From positions 9,991,200-10,055,199 of the forward strand of contig CM082593.2 of the NCBI GenBank assembly GCA_040954595.2: a stretch of 64,000 nt of DNA. The letters are read 5' to 3'. Every line of letters starts with the position of its first letter. The first letter of the stretch is position 1. The stretch comes from Balanoglossus misakiensis. Lineage: Eukaryota; Animalia; Hemichordata. Positions 15,201 to 27,172 of the stretch are shown here, piece after piece. The notes beneath the pieces were generated by a model. It had not been told where the DNA came from and searched no databases. It saw only the letters and a list, made by a program, of their open reading frames with translations. The position numbers and the translations under genes were made by a program.

Positions 15201-18200
15201 TATTGCTGCCAGGACATAACCCAAATATTTTGATAATTTTGGCAATGACCCTTGATCTACTTGGATATGTCTCTTGTTAAAAAGCACATCAGTCATGATT
15301 TTGTTAACATGAATTTTATTGCTGCCAGGACATAACCCAAATATTTTTATAATTTTGGCCATGACCCTTGATCTACTTGGATATGTCTCTTGTTAAAAAG
15401 CACAACAGTCATGATTTTGTTAACATGAGTTTTATTGCTGCCAGGACATACACCAAATATTTTGATAATTTTGGCAATGACTCTTGATCTACTTGGGTAT
15501 GTCTCTTGTTAAAAAGCACAACAGTCATTATTTTGTTCACGTGAGTTTTATTGCTGCCAGGACATAACCCAAATATTATGATAATTATGGCAATGACCCT
15601 TGATCTTCTTGGATATGTCTCTTGTTAAAGAGCACAACAGTCATGATTGTGTTCACACGAGTTTTATTGCTGTCAGGACATAACCTAAATATTTTGATAA
15701 TTATGGCAATGACCCTTGAACTACTTGGATATGTCTCTTGATAAAAAGCCCAACAGTCATTATTTTGTTCACATGAGTTTTATTGCTGCCATGACATAAC
15801 CCAAATATTTTGATAATTTTGGCAATGACCCTTGAACTACTTGGATATGTCTCTTGTTAAAAAGCACAACAGTCATTATTTTGTTCACATGAGTTTTATT
15901 GCTGCCAGGACATAACGCAAATATTTTGATAATTTTGGCAATGACCCTTGATCTACTTGGATATGTCTCTTGTTAAAAAGCACAACAGTCATTATTGTGT
16001 TCACATGAGTTTTATTGCTGCCAGGACATAACCAAAATATTTTGATAATTTTGGCAATGACCCTTGATCTACTTGGATATGTCTCTTGTTAAAAAGCACA
16101 ACAGTCATGATTTTGTTTACGTGACTACTATTGCTGCCAGGACATAACCCAAATATTTTGATAATTATGGCAATGACCCTTGATCTTCTTGGATATGTCT
16201 CTTGTTAAAAAGCACAACAGTCATGATTGTGTTCACACGAGTTTTATTGCTGCCAGGACATAACCCAAATATTTTGATAATTTTGGCAATGACCCTTGAT
16301 CTACTTGGATATGTCTCTTGTTAAAAAGCACATCAGTCATGATTTTGTTAACATGAATTTTATTGCTGCCAGGACATATACCAAATATTTTGATAATTTT
16401 GGCAATGACTCTTGATCTACTTGGATATGTCTCTTGTTAAAAAGCACAACAGTCATTATTTTGTTCACATGAGTTTTATTGCTGCCAGGACATAACCTAA
16501 ATATTTTGATAATTATGGCAATGACCCTTGAACTACTTGGATATGTCTCTTGTTAAAAAGCACATCAGTCATGATTTTGTTAACATGAATTTTATTGCTG
16601 CCAGGACATATACCAAATATTTTGATAATTTTGGCAATGACTCTTGATCTACTTGGATATGTCTCTTGTTAAAAAGCACAACAGTCATGATTGTGTTCAC
16701 ACGAGTTTTATTGCTGCCAGGACATAACCCAAATATTTTGATAATTTTGGCAATGACCCTTGATCTACTTGGATATGTCTCTTGTTAAAAAGCACATCAG
16801 TCATGATTTTGTTAACATGAATTTTATTGCTGCCAGGACATAACCCAAATATTTTTATAATTTTGGCCATGACCCTTGATCTACTTGGATATGTCTCTTG
16901 TTAAAAAGCACAACAGTCATGATTTTGTTAACATGAGTTTTATTGCTGCCAGGACATACACCAAATATTTTGATAATTTTGGCAATGACTCTTGATCTAC
17001 TTGGATATGTCTCTTGTTAAAAAGCACAACAGTCATGATTGTGCTCACATGCGTTTTATTGCTGCCAGGACATATACCAAATATTTTGATAATTTTGGCA
17101 ATGACTCTTGATCTACTTGGATATGTCTCTTGTTAAAAAGCACATCAGTCATGATTTTGTTAACATGAGTTTTATTGCTGCCAGGACATACACCAACTAT
17201 TTTGATAATTTTGGCAATGACTCTTGATCTACTTGGATATGTCTCTTGTTAAAAAGCACAACAGTCATTATTTTGTTCACATGAGTTTTATTGCTGCCAG
17301 GACATAACCTAAATATTTTGATAATTATGGCAATGACCCTTGAACTACTTGGATATGTCTCTTGATAAAAAGCCCAACAGTCATTATTTTGTTCACATGA
17401 GTTTTATTGCTGCCATGACATAACCCAAATATTTTGATAATTTTGGCAATGACCCTTGAACTACTTGGATATGTCTCTTGTTAAAAAGCACAACAGTCAT
17501 TATTTTGTTCACATGAGTTTTATTGCTGCCAGGACATAACACAAATATTTTGATAATTTTGGCAATGACCCTTGATCTACTTGGATATGTCTCTTGTTAA
17601 AAAGCACAACAGTCATTATTGTGTTCACATAAGTTTTATTGCTGCCAGGACATAACACAAATATTTTGATAATTTTGGCAATGACCCTTGATCTACTTGG
17701 ATATGTCTCTTGTTAAAAAGCACAACAGTCATGATTTTGTTTACGTGACTACTATTGCTGCCAGGACATAACCCAAATATTTTGATAATTTTGGCAATGA
17801 CCCTTGATCTACTTGGATATGTCTCTTGTTAAAAAGCACAACAGTCATGATTGTGTTCACACGAGTTTTATTGCTGCCAGGACATAACCCAAATATTTTG
17901 ATAATTTTGGCAATGACCCTTGATCTACTTGGATATGTCTCTTGATAAAAAGCACAACAGTCATGATTGTGTTCACATGAGTTTTATTGCTGCCAGGACA
18001 TAACCCAAATATTTTGATAATTTTGGTAATGACCCTTGATCTTCTTGGATATGTCTCTTGTTAAAAAGCACAACAGTCATGATTGTGTTCACACGAGTTT
18101 TATTGCTGCCAGGACATAACCCAAATATTTTGATAATTTTGGCAATGACCCTTGATCTACTTGGATATGTCTCTTGTTAAAAAGCACATCAGTCATGATT

Positions 18201-21200
18201 TTGTTAACATGAATTTTATTGCTGCCAGGACATAACCCAAATATTTTTATAATTTTGGCCATGACCCTTGATCTACTTGGATATGTCTCTTGTTAAAAAG
18301 CACAACAGTCATGATTTTGTTAACATGAGTTTTATGCTGCCAGGACATACACCAAATATTTTGATAATTTTGGCAATGACTCTTGATCTACTTGGATATG
18401 TCTCTTGTTAAAAAGCACAACAGTCATGATTGTGCTCACATGCGTTTTATTGCTGCCAGGACATATACCAAATATTTTGATAATTTTGGCAATGACTCTT
18501 GATCTACTTGGATATGTCTCTTGTTAAAAAGCACATCAGTCATGATTTTGTTAACATGAGTTTTATTGCTGCCAGGACATACACCAAATATTTTGATAAT
18601 TTTGGCAATGACTCTTGATCTACTTGGATATGTCTCTTGTTAAAAAGCACAACAGTCATTACTTTGTTCACATGAGTTTTATTGCTGCCAGGACATAACC
18701 TAAATATTTTGATAATTATGGCAATGACCCTTGAACTACTTGGATATGTCTCTTGATAAAAAGCCCAACAGTCATTATTTTGTTCACATGAGTTTTATTG
18801 CTGCCATGACATAACCCAAATATTTTGATAATTTTGGCAATGACCCTTGAACTACTTGGATATGTCTCTTGTTAAAAAGCACAACAGTCATGATTGTGTT
18901 CACATGAGTTTTTTTGCTGCCAGGACATAACCCAAATATTTTGATAATTTTGGTAATGACCCTTGATCTTCTTGGATATGTCTCTTGTTAAAAAGCACAA
19001 CAGTCATGATTGTGTTCACACGAGTTTTATTGCTGCCAGGACATAACCCAAATATTTTGATAATTTTGGCAATGACCCTTGATCTACTTGGATATGTCTC
19101 TTGTTAAAAAGCACATCAGTCATGATTTTGTTAACATGAATTTTATTGCTGCCAGGACATATACCAAATATTTTGATAATTTTGGCAATGACTCTTGATC
19201 TACATGAGTTTTATTGCTGACATGACATAACCCAAATATTTTGATAATTTTGGAAATGACCCTTGATCTACTTGGATATGTCTCTTGTTAAAAAGCACAA
19301 CAGTCATGATTGTGTTCACACAAGTTTTATTGCTGCCAGGACATAACCCAAATATTTTTTATAATTTTGGCCATGACCCTTGATCTACTTGGATATGTCT
19401 CTTAATAAAAAGCACAACATTCATGATTGTGTTCACACGAGTTTTATTGCTGCCAGGACATAACCCAAATATTTTGATAATTTTGGCCATGACCCTTGAT
19501 CTACTTGGATATGTCTCTTGTTAAAAAGCACAACAGTCATGATGTTGTTCGCACGAGTTTTATTGCTGCCAGGACATAACCCAAATATTTTGATAATTTT
19601 GGCAATGACCCTTGATCTACTTGGATATGTCTCTTGATAAAAAGCACAACAGTCATGATTGTGTTCACATGAGTTTTATTGCTGCCAGGACATAACCCAA
19701 ATATTTTGATAATTTTGGTAATGACCCTTGATCTTCTTGGATATGTCTCTTGTTAAAAAGCACAACAGTCATGATTGTGTTCACACGAGTTTTATTGCTG
19801 CCAGGACATAACCCAAATATTTTGATAATTTTGGCAATGACCCTTGATCTACTTGGATATGTCTCTTGTTAAAAAGCACATCAGTCATGATTTTGTTAAC
19901 ATGAATTTTATTGCTGCCAAGACATATACCAAATATTTTGATAATTTTGGCAATGACTCTTGATCTACATGAGTTTTATTGCTGACATGACATAACCCAA
20001 ATATTTTGATAATTTTGGAAATGACCCTTGATCTACTTGGATATGTCTCTTGTTAAAAAGCACAACAGTCATGATTTTGTTTACGTGACTACTATTGCTG
20101 ACATGACATAACCCAAATATTTTGATAATTTTGGAAATGACCCTTGATCTACTTGGATATGTCTCTTGTTACAAAGCACAACAGTCATGATTGTGTTCAC
20201 ACAAGTTTTATTGCTGCCAGGACATAACCCAAATATTTTTTATAATTTTGGCCATGACCCTTGATCTACTTGGATATGTCTCTTAATAAAAAGCACAACA
20301 GTCATGATTGTGTTCACACGAGTTTTATTGCTGCCAGGACATAACCCAAATATTTTGATAATTTTGGCCATGACCCTTGATCTACTTGGATATGTCTCTT
20401 GTTAAAAAGCACAACAGTCATGATGTTGTTCGCACGAGTTTTATTGCTGCCAGGACATAACCCAAATATTTTGATAATTTTGGCAATGACCCTTGATCTA
20501 CTTGGATATGTCTCTTGATAAAAAGCACAACAGTCATGATTGTGTTCACATGAGTTTTATTGCTGCCAGGACATAACCCAAATATTTTGATAATTTTGGT
20601 AATGACCCTTGATCTTCTTGGATATGTCTCTTGTTAAAAAGCACAACAGTCATGATTGTGTTCACACGAGTTTTATTGCTGCCAGGACATAACCCAAATA
20701 TTTTGATAATTTTGGCAATGACCCTTGATCTACTTGGATATGTCTCTTGTTAAAAAGCACATCAGTCATGATTTTGTTAACATGAATTTTATTGCTGCCA
20801 GGACATATACCAAATATTTTGATAATTTTGGCAATGACTCTTGATCTACATGAGTTTTATTGCTGACATGACATAACCCAAATATTTTGATAATTTTGGA
20901 AATGACCCTTGATCTACTTGGATATGTCTCTTGTTAAAAAGCACAACAGTCATGATTTTGTTTACGTGACTACTATTGCTGCCAGGACTTAACCCAAATA
21001 TTTTGATAATCTTGGCAATGACCCTTGATCTACTTGGATATGTCTCTTGATAAAAAGCACAACAGTCATGATTGTGTTCACACGAGTTTTATTGCTGCCA
21101 GGACATAACCCAAATATTTTGATAATTTTGGCCATGACCCTTGATCTACTTGGATATGTCTCTTGTTAAAAAGCACAACAGTCATGATTTTGTTTACGTG

Positions 21201-22309
21201 ACTACTATTGCTGCCAGGACTTAACCCAAATATTTTGATAATTTTGGCAATGACCCTTGATCTACTTGGATATGTCTCTTGATAAAAAGCACAACAGTCA
21301 TGATTGTGCTCACATGAGTTTTATTGCTGCCAGGACATATACCAAATATTTTGATAATTTTGGCAATGACTCTTGATCTACTTGGATATGTCTCTTGTTA
21401 AAAAGCACAACAGTCATTATTTTGTTCACATGAGTTTTATTGCTGCCAGGACATAACCCAAATATTTTGATAATTATGGCAATGACCCTTGATCTTCTTT
21501 GATATGTCTCTTGTTAAAGAGCACAACAGTCATGATTGTGTTCACACGAGTTTTATTGCTGTCAGGACATAACACAAATATTTTGATAATTTTGGCAATG
21601 ACCCTTGATCTACTTGGATATGTCTCTTGTTTAAAAGCACAACAGTCATTATTGTGTTCACATGAGTTTTATTGCTGCCAGGACATAACCAAAATATTTT
21701 GATAATTTTGGCAATGACCCTTGATCTACTTGGATATGTCTCTTGTTAAAAAGCACAACAGTCATGATTTTGTTTACATGACTACTATTGCTGCCAAGAC
21801 ATAACCCAAATATTTTGATAATTTTGGCAATGACCCTTTGATCTACTTGGATATGTCTCTTGTTAAAAAGCACAACAGTCATGATTGTGTTCACACGAGT
21901 TTTATTGCTGCCAGGACATAACCCAAATATTTTTATAATTTTGGCCATGACCCTTGATCTACTTGGATATGTTTCTTGATAAAAAGCACAACAGTCATGA
22001 TTGTGTTCACATGAGTTTTAATGCTGCCAGGACATATCCAAAATATTTTGATAATTTTGGCAATGACTCTTGATCTACTTGGATATGTCTCTTGTTAAAA
22101 AGCACAACAGTCATGATTGTGTTCACATGAATTCTATTGCTGTCAGGACATAACCCAAATATTTTGATAATTTTGGCAATGACCCTTGATCTACGTGGGT
22201 ATGTCTCTTGTCAAAAAGCACAGCAGTCATGATTTTGTTCACATAAGTTTTATTGCTGCCAGGACATAACCCAAATATTTTGATAATTTTGGCAATGACC
22301 CTTGATCTA
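295..22309. repeat. Satellite 1: tandem array of a 116-bp monomer, about 190 copies, highly homogeneous
   Basis: Unit acttggatatgtctcttgttaaaaagcacaacagtcatgattgtgttcacatgagttttattgctgccaggacataacccaaatattttgataattttggcaatgacccttgatct starts at 295, 411, 527, and so on. Array ends at cttgatcta|aatttccaaaa near 22309. Copy number is length/116. Confidence 0.99.
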
Positions 22310-23320
22310 AATTTCCAAAACTTGGTATGCACAGCAGATACAGCTTTTAAATTTAGAGGACCGGAACACCTAATGAAATACATGTATTAACCTTAACACA
22401 ATAATTATGTATATAAGCTATTTAAAGTTAACCAATAAAGCGTAGAAGTCTGCTTGTTGTTGGACACTGATCAGTTTGGTATCAAATTTTGTTGGCACAT
22501 TTTGCATCACCTCTGGCGTACTTTACCATTTCGAGGCATCCACAACAGATACAGCCTTCACTTTCTGTTGGAACCATGCTAACCACTTTGGCCACTCCAA
22601 TGCTGCTTGTAGCTCTAATTGGCTTCTTCATGGCGGCCATATTGGATTTTCTAATAACTTTTAAAAGTTGACATTTTCATAAACTACAGGGCCAATCAAA
22701 TTGTAGTTTACTGTAGGGTTGAAAGTTTGACAAAAATATCATTAGTGGTCATGTGACTTTGGGTGCCTTATTAGATTTTTTAAAAATCTCATAAAAAAAT
22801 TACAAAAAATCTTTTTCTAATCAAGTTTTCAAGTGAATTGTGATTGGTGTAACCTTATCAGAGCTAAATTGGATTTTCTGAACCCCGTTTAAAAACTAAA
22901 ATTCCCTATTTCTAGCCTACTCATTGAAAGCACACAATTTCCTTATATGGATACGAGTCACCATATGATTAGAATACGTTACATATTTTGGCAACTTTCA
23001 CATGTTCTTTGATCCATACTGTGCAGTTAAAAGTTTGACAATAATATCGTTAGCAGCCATGTGACTTTGAATGCCTTATTGGAATTTTGTAAAAAACTCA
23101 TAAAAAATTCAAACATACGTTTTCTACTCAAGTTTTCAAGTGAAATGTGATTGGTGTCACCTTATTGGAGCCAAATTGGATTTCTCTGAACACTGATTAA
23201 AAACTAAGATTTCCTATTTCTAGCCTACTCATTGAAAACAAACAAATTAATTTTTGCCAACAATTTGTTGGCAACTCTCGCATGTCCTTTGACCCAGTAA
23301 TTCCAGAACTTAATATTATG

Positions 23321-23550
23321 TGGATATGGCTCTTGTTAAAAAGCATAACAGTCATGATTGTGTTCACATGAGTTTTATTGCTGCCAGGACTTAACCCAAA
23401 TATTTTGATAATTTTGGCAATGACCCTTGATCTACTTGGATATGTCTCTTGTTAAAAGCACAACAGTCATGATTTTGTTCACATGAGTTTTATTGCTGCC
23501 AGGACATAACCCAAATATTTTGATAATTTTGGCAATGAACCTTGATCTAC
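23321..23550. repeat. Two copies of the satellite-1 monomer inside macro-unit copy 2
   Basis: tggatatggctcttgttaaaaagcataacagtc... runs to cttgatctac, followed by the same atttccaaaacttgg junction that ends the main array. Confidence 0.95.
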
Positions 23551-24172
23551 ATTTCCAAAACTTGGTATGCACAGCATATACACCTGTTAAATTTAGAGGA
23601 CCGGAACACCTAATGAAGTACATGTATTAACCTTAACACAATAATTATGTATATAAGCTATTTAAAGTTAACCAATAAAGCGTAGAAGTCTGCTTTTTGT
23701 TGGACACTGATCAGTTTGGTATCAAATTTTGTTGGCACATTTTGCATCACCTCTAGCTTACTTTACCATTTCTAGGCATCCACAACAGATACAGCCTTTG
23801 CTTTCTGTTGGAACCATGCTAACCGGTTTGGCCACTCCAATGCTACTTTTAGTTTTAATTGTCTTCTTCATGGCGGCCATATTGGCTTTTCTAATAAGCT
23901 TTAAAAGTTGAAATTTTCATAATCTACAGGGCCAATCAAGTTCTAATTTACTGTGCGATTGAAAGTTTGACAAAAATATCATTAGTGGTCATGTGACTTT
24001 TGGTGCCTTATGGATTTTTTAAAAATCTCATTAAAAAACTTCAAAAATCTTTTTCTAATCTAGTTTTCAAGTGAATTGTGATTGGTTAAACCTTATTGGA
24101 GTCAAATTGGATTTTCTGAACAACGATTTAAAACTAAGATTTCCTATTTCTGGCCTACTCATTAATTATTCG

Positions 24173-24286
24173 TGGATATGCCTCTTGTTGAAAAGCACAA
24201 TGGTGATGATTTTTTTCACACAAATAGTACTGCTGCCAGGACATAACCCAAATTTTTTGATAACATTGGCATTGAACTTTGTCCTA
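24173..24286. repeat. Single diverged satellite-1 monomer inside macro-unit copy 3
   Basis: tggatatgcctcttgttgaaaagcacaatggtgatgatt...tgctgccaggacataacccaaattttttgataacattggcattg, preceded by the upstream block. Confidence 0.85.
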
Positions 24287-24849
24287 AGTTTGGCACCTGT
24301 ATTCTTTTCTGAATATCTTATGGCGCCTAGACTAATAGCACTAGAGGTTTGGTTTTTAATGTATATGGACAAGTATGGGACTTAGCTTTTTGGTAACATT
24401 TGGAATCCACTGGACCAATGTTGAGCTTATTAAATATGGGAATAACTAATGCTGAGCTTACCTATATTGTTACAGGTTGAATTTTTTATTAACATGCTCT
24501 ACTATTGGACTTAATCTGAATTTCTTGACCAATGATAACCTTCAAATTTTGAGGGCTGGAACACCTAATTACCAGGTTAACCAATAGAGCCAGAAGTCTT
24601 GTTTTTCATTTTATGCTGATTATTTTGGAAGAAAAAATTGTTGACAATTTTGGGTGAGCTCTTGGTGACCTTTGATCAGCTTTCCTATTTACATAGCAGA
24701 TACAGCATTGGCACTCTCTGGTATCCATAGGAACTGCTTTGACCTAGCCAATGTTGGTTGCACCTTAATTGCACCGCAGTATGTTGGTTTGGGCGAGCTT
24801 GCCACATTAATCTTATCATTATCATTGATTTTATTGATTTCATGTTTTT

Positions 24850-24965
24850 AATTCTTTCATTCTTTTTTTTTCTGTAGGTCCCACCGGTACTCTTCTTCTT
24901 CTCTCTCTCTCTTTCTTTTTTTCTTTTTCCTCTTCTTTCTTTTCTCTTTTTTTTCTTTTTTTCCC
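24850..24965. repeat. Polypyrimidine low-complexity tract (T/CT-rich)
   Basis: Almost only T and C on the + strand. This explains the K/E/R-rich spurious ORF 24840-25091. Confidence 0.85.
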
Positions 24966-25445
24966 TGTAGGCCCCAATGGTAACACCATAATCAACCTAC
25001 TAACGTAAAATTTGATGGATGGAGAGAGCGGAGTGTCAACCATAGTCAACCTACTAATATAAACTTTGATGGAGGATGGATGGAGCGTCAACCATAGTCA
25101 ACCTACTAATATAAACTTTGATGGATGGATGGAGCGGAGTGTCAACCATAGTCAACCTACTAATATAAACTTTGATGGATGGATGGATGGAGCGGAGCGT
25201 CAACCATAGTCAACCTACTAAAATATAAACTTTGATGGATGGATGGTGCCGCGGAGCGTCAACTTAAATGATGGAGAAGTGGAGTTTTTTTCTCTGTTTT
25301 TTCCTCTTTTTTTCCTGTAGGGCTCACTGGTAACACCATAATCAACCTACTAACGTAAAATTTGATGGATGGATGAAGCGGCGTGTCAACCATAGTCAAC
25401 CTACTATTATAAACTTTGATTGATGGATGGATGGAGCATCAACCT
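24964..25445. repeat. Minisatellite of ~52-58 bp with a variable (GATG)n core, in two blocks
   Basis: caaccatagtcaacctactaatataaactttgatgg(atgg)n agcg repeats at ~25037, 25089, 25143, 25201 and 25387. Both blocks open with cctgtagg...tggtaacaccataatcaacctactaacgtaaaatttgatggat (~24964, ~25314). Confidence 0.9.
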
Positions 25446-25616
25446 AATGGATGGAGAAGTGGAAGAATGGAGAAGTGGAGTTTCAACATAATATCCTATT
25501 GACCGAAATTATTAGTTAGAGTAATATAGACATACAAAACGAGGTGATCGTAATATAAAACTTAATAGTCCAATAAATCGGGTTAATAATTGGTAGTGAT
25601 TACTTGTTTTAAAATT

Positions 25617-26438
25617 AGGTTAACAGCAATGGCTTTGTGCAGGGTATGATAATAGGTTCTGAAATGTGTATGGTATAATAACGGTGAACAAATTTGAATT
25701 TGGTTTAATAAAAGGGTTAAAAATGTGATGATGGTTTTATGGTAAAATTGGAGTGTACACAGGTTATAAAGGGGTAACAGTGGTTGCTTGTATGAAGGTA
25801 ATGATAATAGGGTAACAAATGTGACTGGTATAAAAAATGTATAATAACGGGTTCATAATATGATGATGGCTTGTGTACACAGGTTATAATGGGTATATGA
25901 ATGAGAAGGGTATAATAATGGTAATAGGGTAACAAATGTGACTGGTATAAAAAATGTATAATAACGGGTTCATAATATGATGATGGCTTGTGTACACAGG
26001 TTATAATGGGTATATGAATGAGAGGGGTATAATAATGGTAATAACTGTGTCAGGTTTAATAAGGGTAGCAATTGTGCAAGGGTATAATAACGATTAATAA
26101 TTGTGGTGATGGCTTATGGTGATATTAAGTATAAAAGGGTGTTTAATATTGATGGTGATGATAAAGGTATAATAATGATAAATCGTTAAATAAGTGTCCA
26201 GGGTCTAATAATCATGTTGGTTCATTCATTGGTTAATGTGAATATTTTATGAATAACATGCTATTATTTCTCAGATAGATAATACTCGTCAGCATCGTTA
26301 TTCGGTGGAATTTCTCGCAACGGTACCCGTGATTGTATTCGCGCATCGACACATTGTACGCGACAGACATGCAGAAAATGTTAGCACAATGTTAGGTTAG
26401 CTTAACCTCCCCACCCATCCAAATTCCAAATTTAGCTT
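25617..26438 (+). repeat. Dispersed block X, copy 1 (C-poor on the + strand; left of satellite 2)
   Basis: Colinear with 49604-50215. Includes an exact 28-mer cattgtacgcgacagacatgcagaaaat (26352 and 50092), plus tggttcattcattggttaatgtg and cccatccaaattccaaatttagctt. Confidence 0.85.
25805..26041. repeat. 117-bp near-perfect direct duplication inside block X
   Basis: gggtaacaaatgtgactgg occurs at 25810 and 25927; tgatgatggcttgtgtacac occurs at 25861 and 25978. Confidence 0.9.
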
Positions 26439-26824
26439 AGATCATGGGGTGAGAGGAGGAGAGGACAGTTTTTTCCCCTCTTTTGTAATTGGTATGAGGT
26501 TTTTTAACTGCCCTTTAGGCGCGTAAATTAAATATGTTATCATACATGTAGTTATCTTGCTTTATTTTAAAACAATTGTGAATGAGCTCTGCGAGATTAT
26601 GTACACGATAGTGTGTTATATAATGCTAAGGTAAAAGTAAATTTAACCCACTAACCCATCACACTATTGTGTGCATAATTAGCAGATGCTATTTTGACTA
26701 GCCCATTGTTCAACCAAATGACACCTTGTTTCAAAAAGAGCTGAAACTATATTGGTTAATTTCTTTCAGTTTAACCACATGACACATTGCTTCAAATTGG
26801 CCTGCAAGATATGCTACTTGAACT

Positions 26825-26864
26825 CCCACACCCCACCCCCACCCCCCCCCCCCCCCACCCCCCC
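26825..26864 (-). other. Poly-C tract (G-rich on the minus strand; potential G-quadruplex)
   Basis: More than four C-runs separated by single A residues. This explains the poly-Pro spurious ORF 26752-27000. Confidence 0.6.
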
Positions 26865-27172
26865 AAAAAAATTAGGGATTAATCACTCGCTATATTATGA
26901 ACATTCACATGAAAATTATGCAACCAAATTAAAGGTATTCTGGAGGCGTCTTCTGATGTCAGGTGGTTCAAATCCACCGATACCTAAGCTGGAAACATAA
27001 CTTTTCATTGGTGTTCATGTATGGCGAATAAAACACGCATATTCGTATTATCATATTTCAGAAATGAACGAATTGAATAAGATTCTTTTCGATATGTCAC
27101 TATAAACTTTAATCCCATTTCACCCACTTTACTCAAAATGTAATGTTTAAATAGCAAAGAAGTAATCACTAA

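Larger units (their letters stand above)
22310..24775 (+). repeat. Composite ~1.24-kb macro-repeat (downstream block + upstream block + 116-bp monomers), possibly the internal region of a non-autonomous Helentron/HINE-like element
   Basis: atttccaaaacttggtatgcacagca occurs at 22311 and 23551 (period 1240). A more diverged third copy of the block lies at ~24540-24775 (ggaacacctaat, gttaaccaata, cagatacagc). atggcggccat occurs at 22630 and 23870. The transposon assignment is inference only. Confidence 0.8.

Noticed and set aside
295-24385. Short ORFs such as ...IIKIFGLCPGSNKTHVNKIMTVVLFNKRH...
   Set aside because: These are translations of the 116-bp monomer. The unit is not a multiple of 3, frames shift every copy, and ORFs depend on chance loss of stops.
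24840-27000. K/E/R-rich, His/Tyr-rich and poly-Pro ORFs
   Set aside because: They are explained by the polypyrimidine tract, the C-poor block and the poly-C run.
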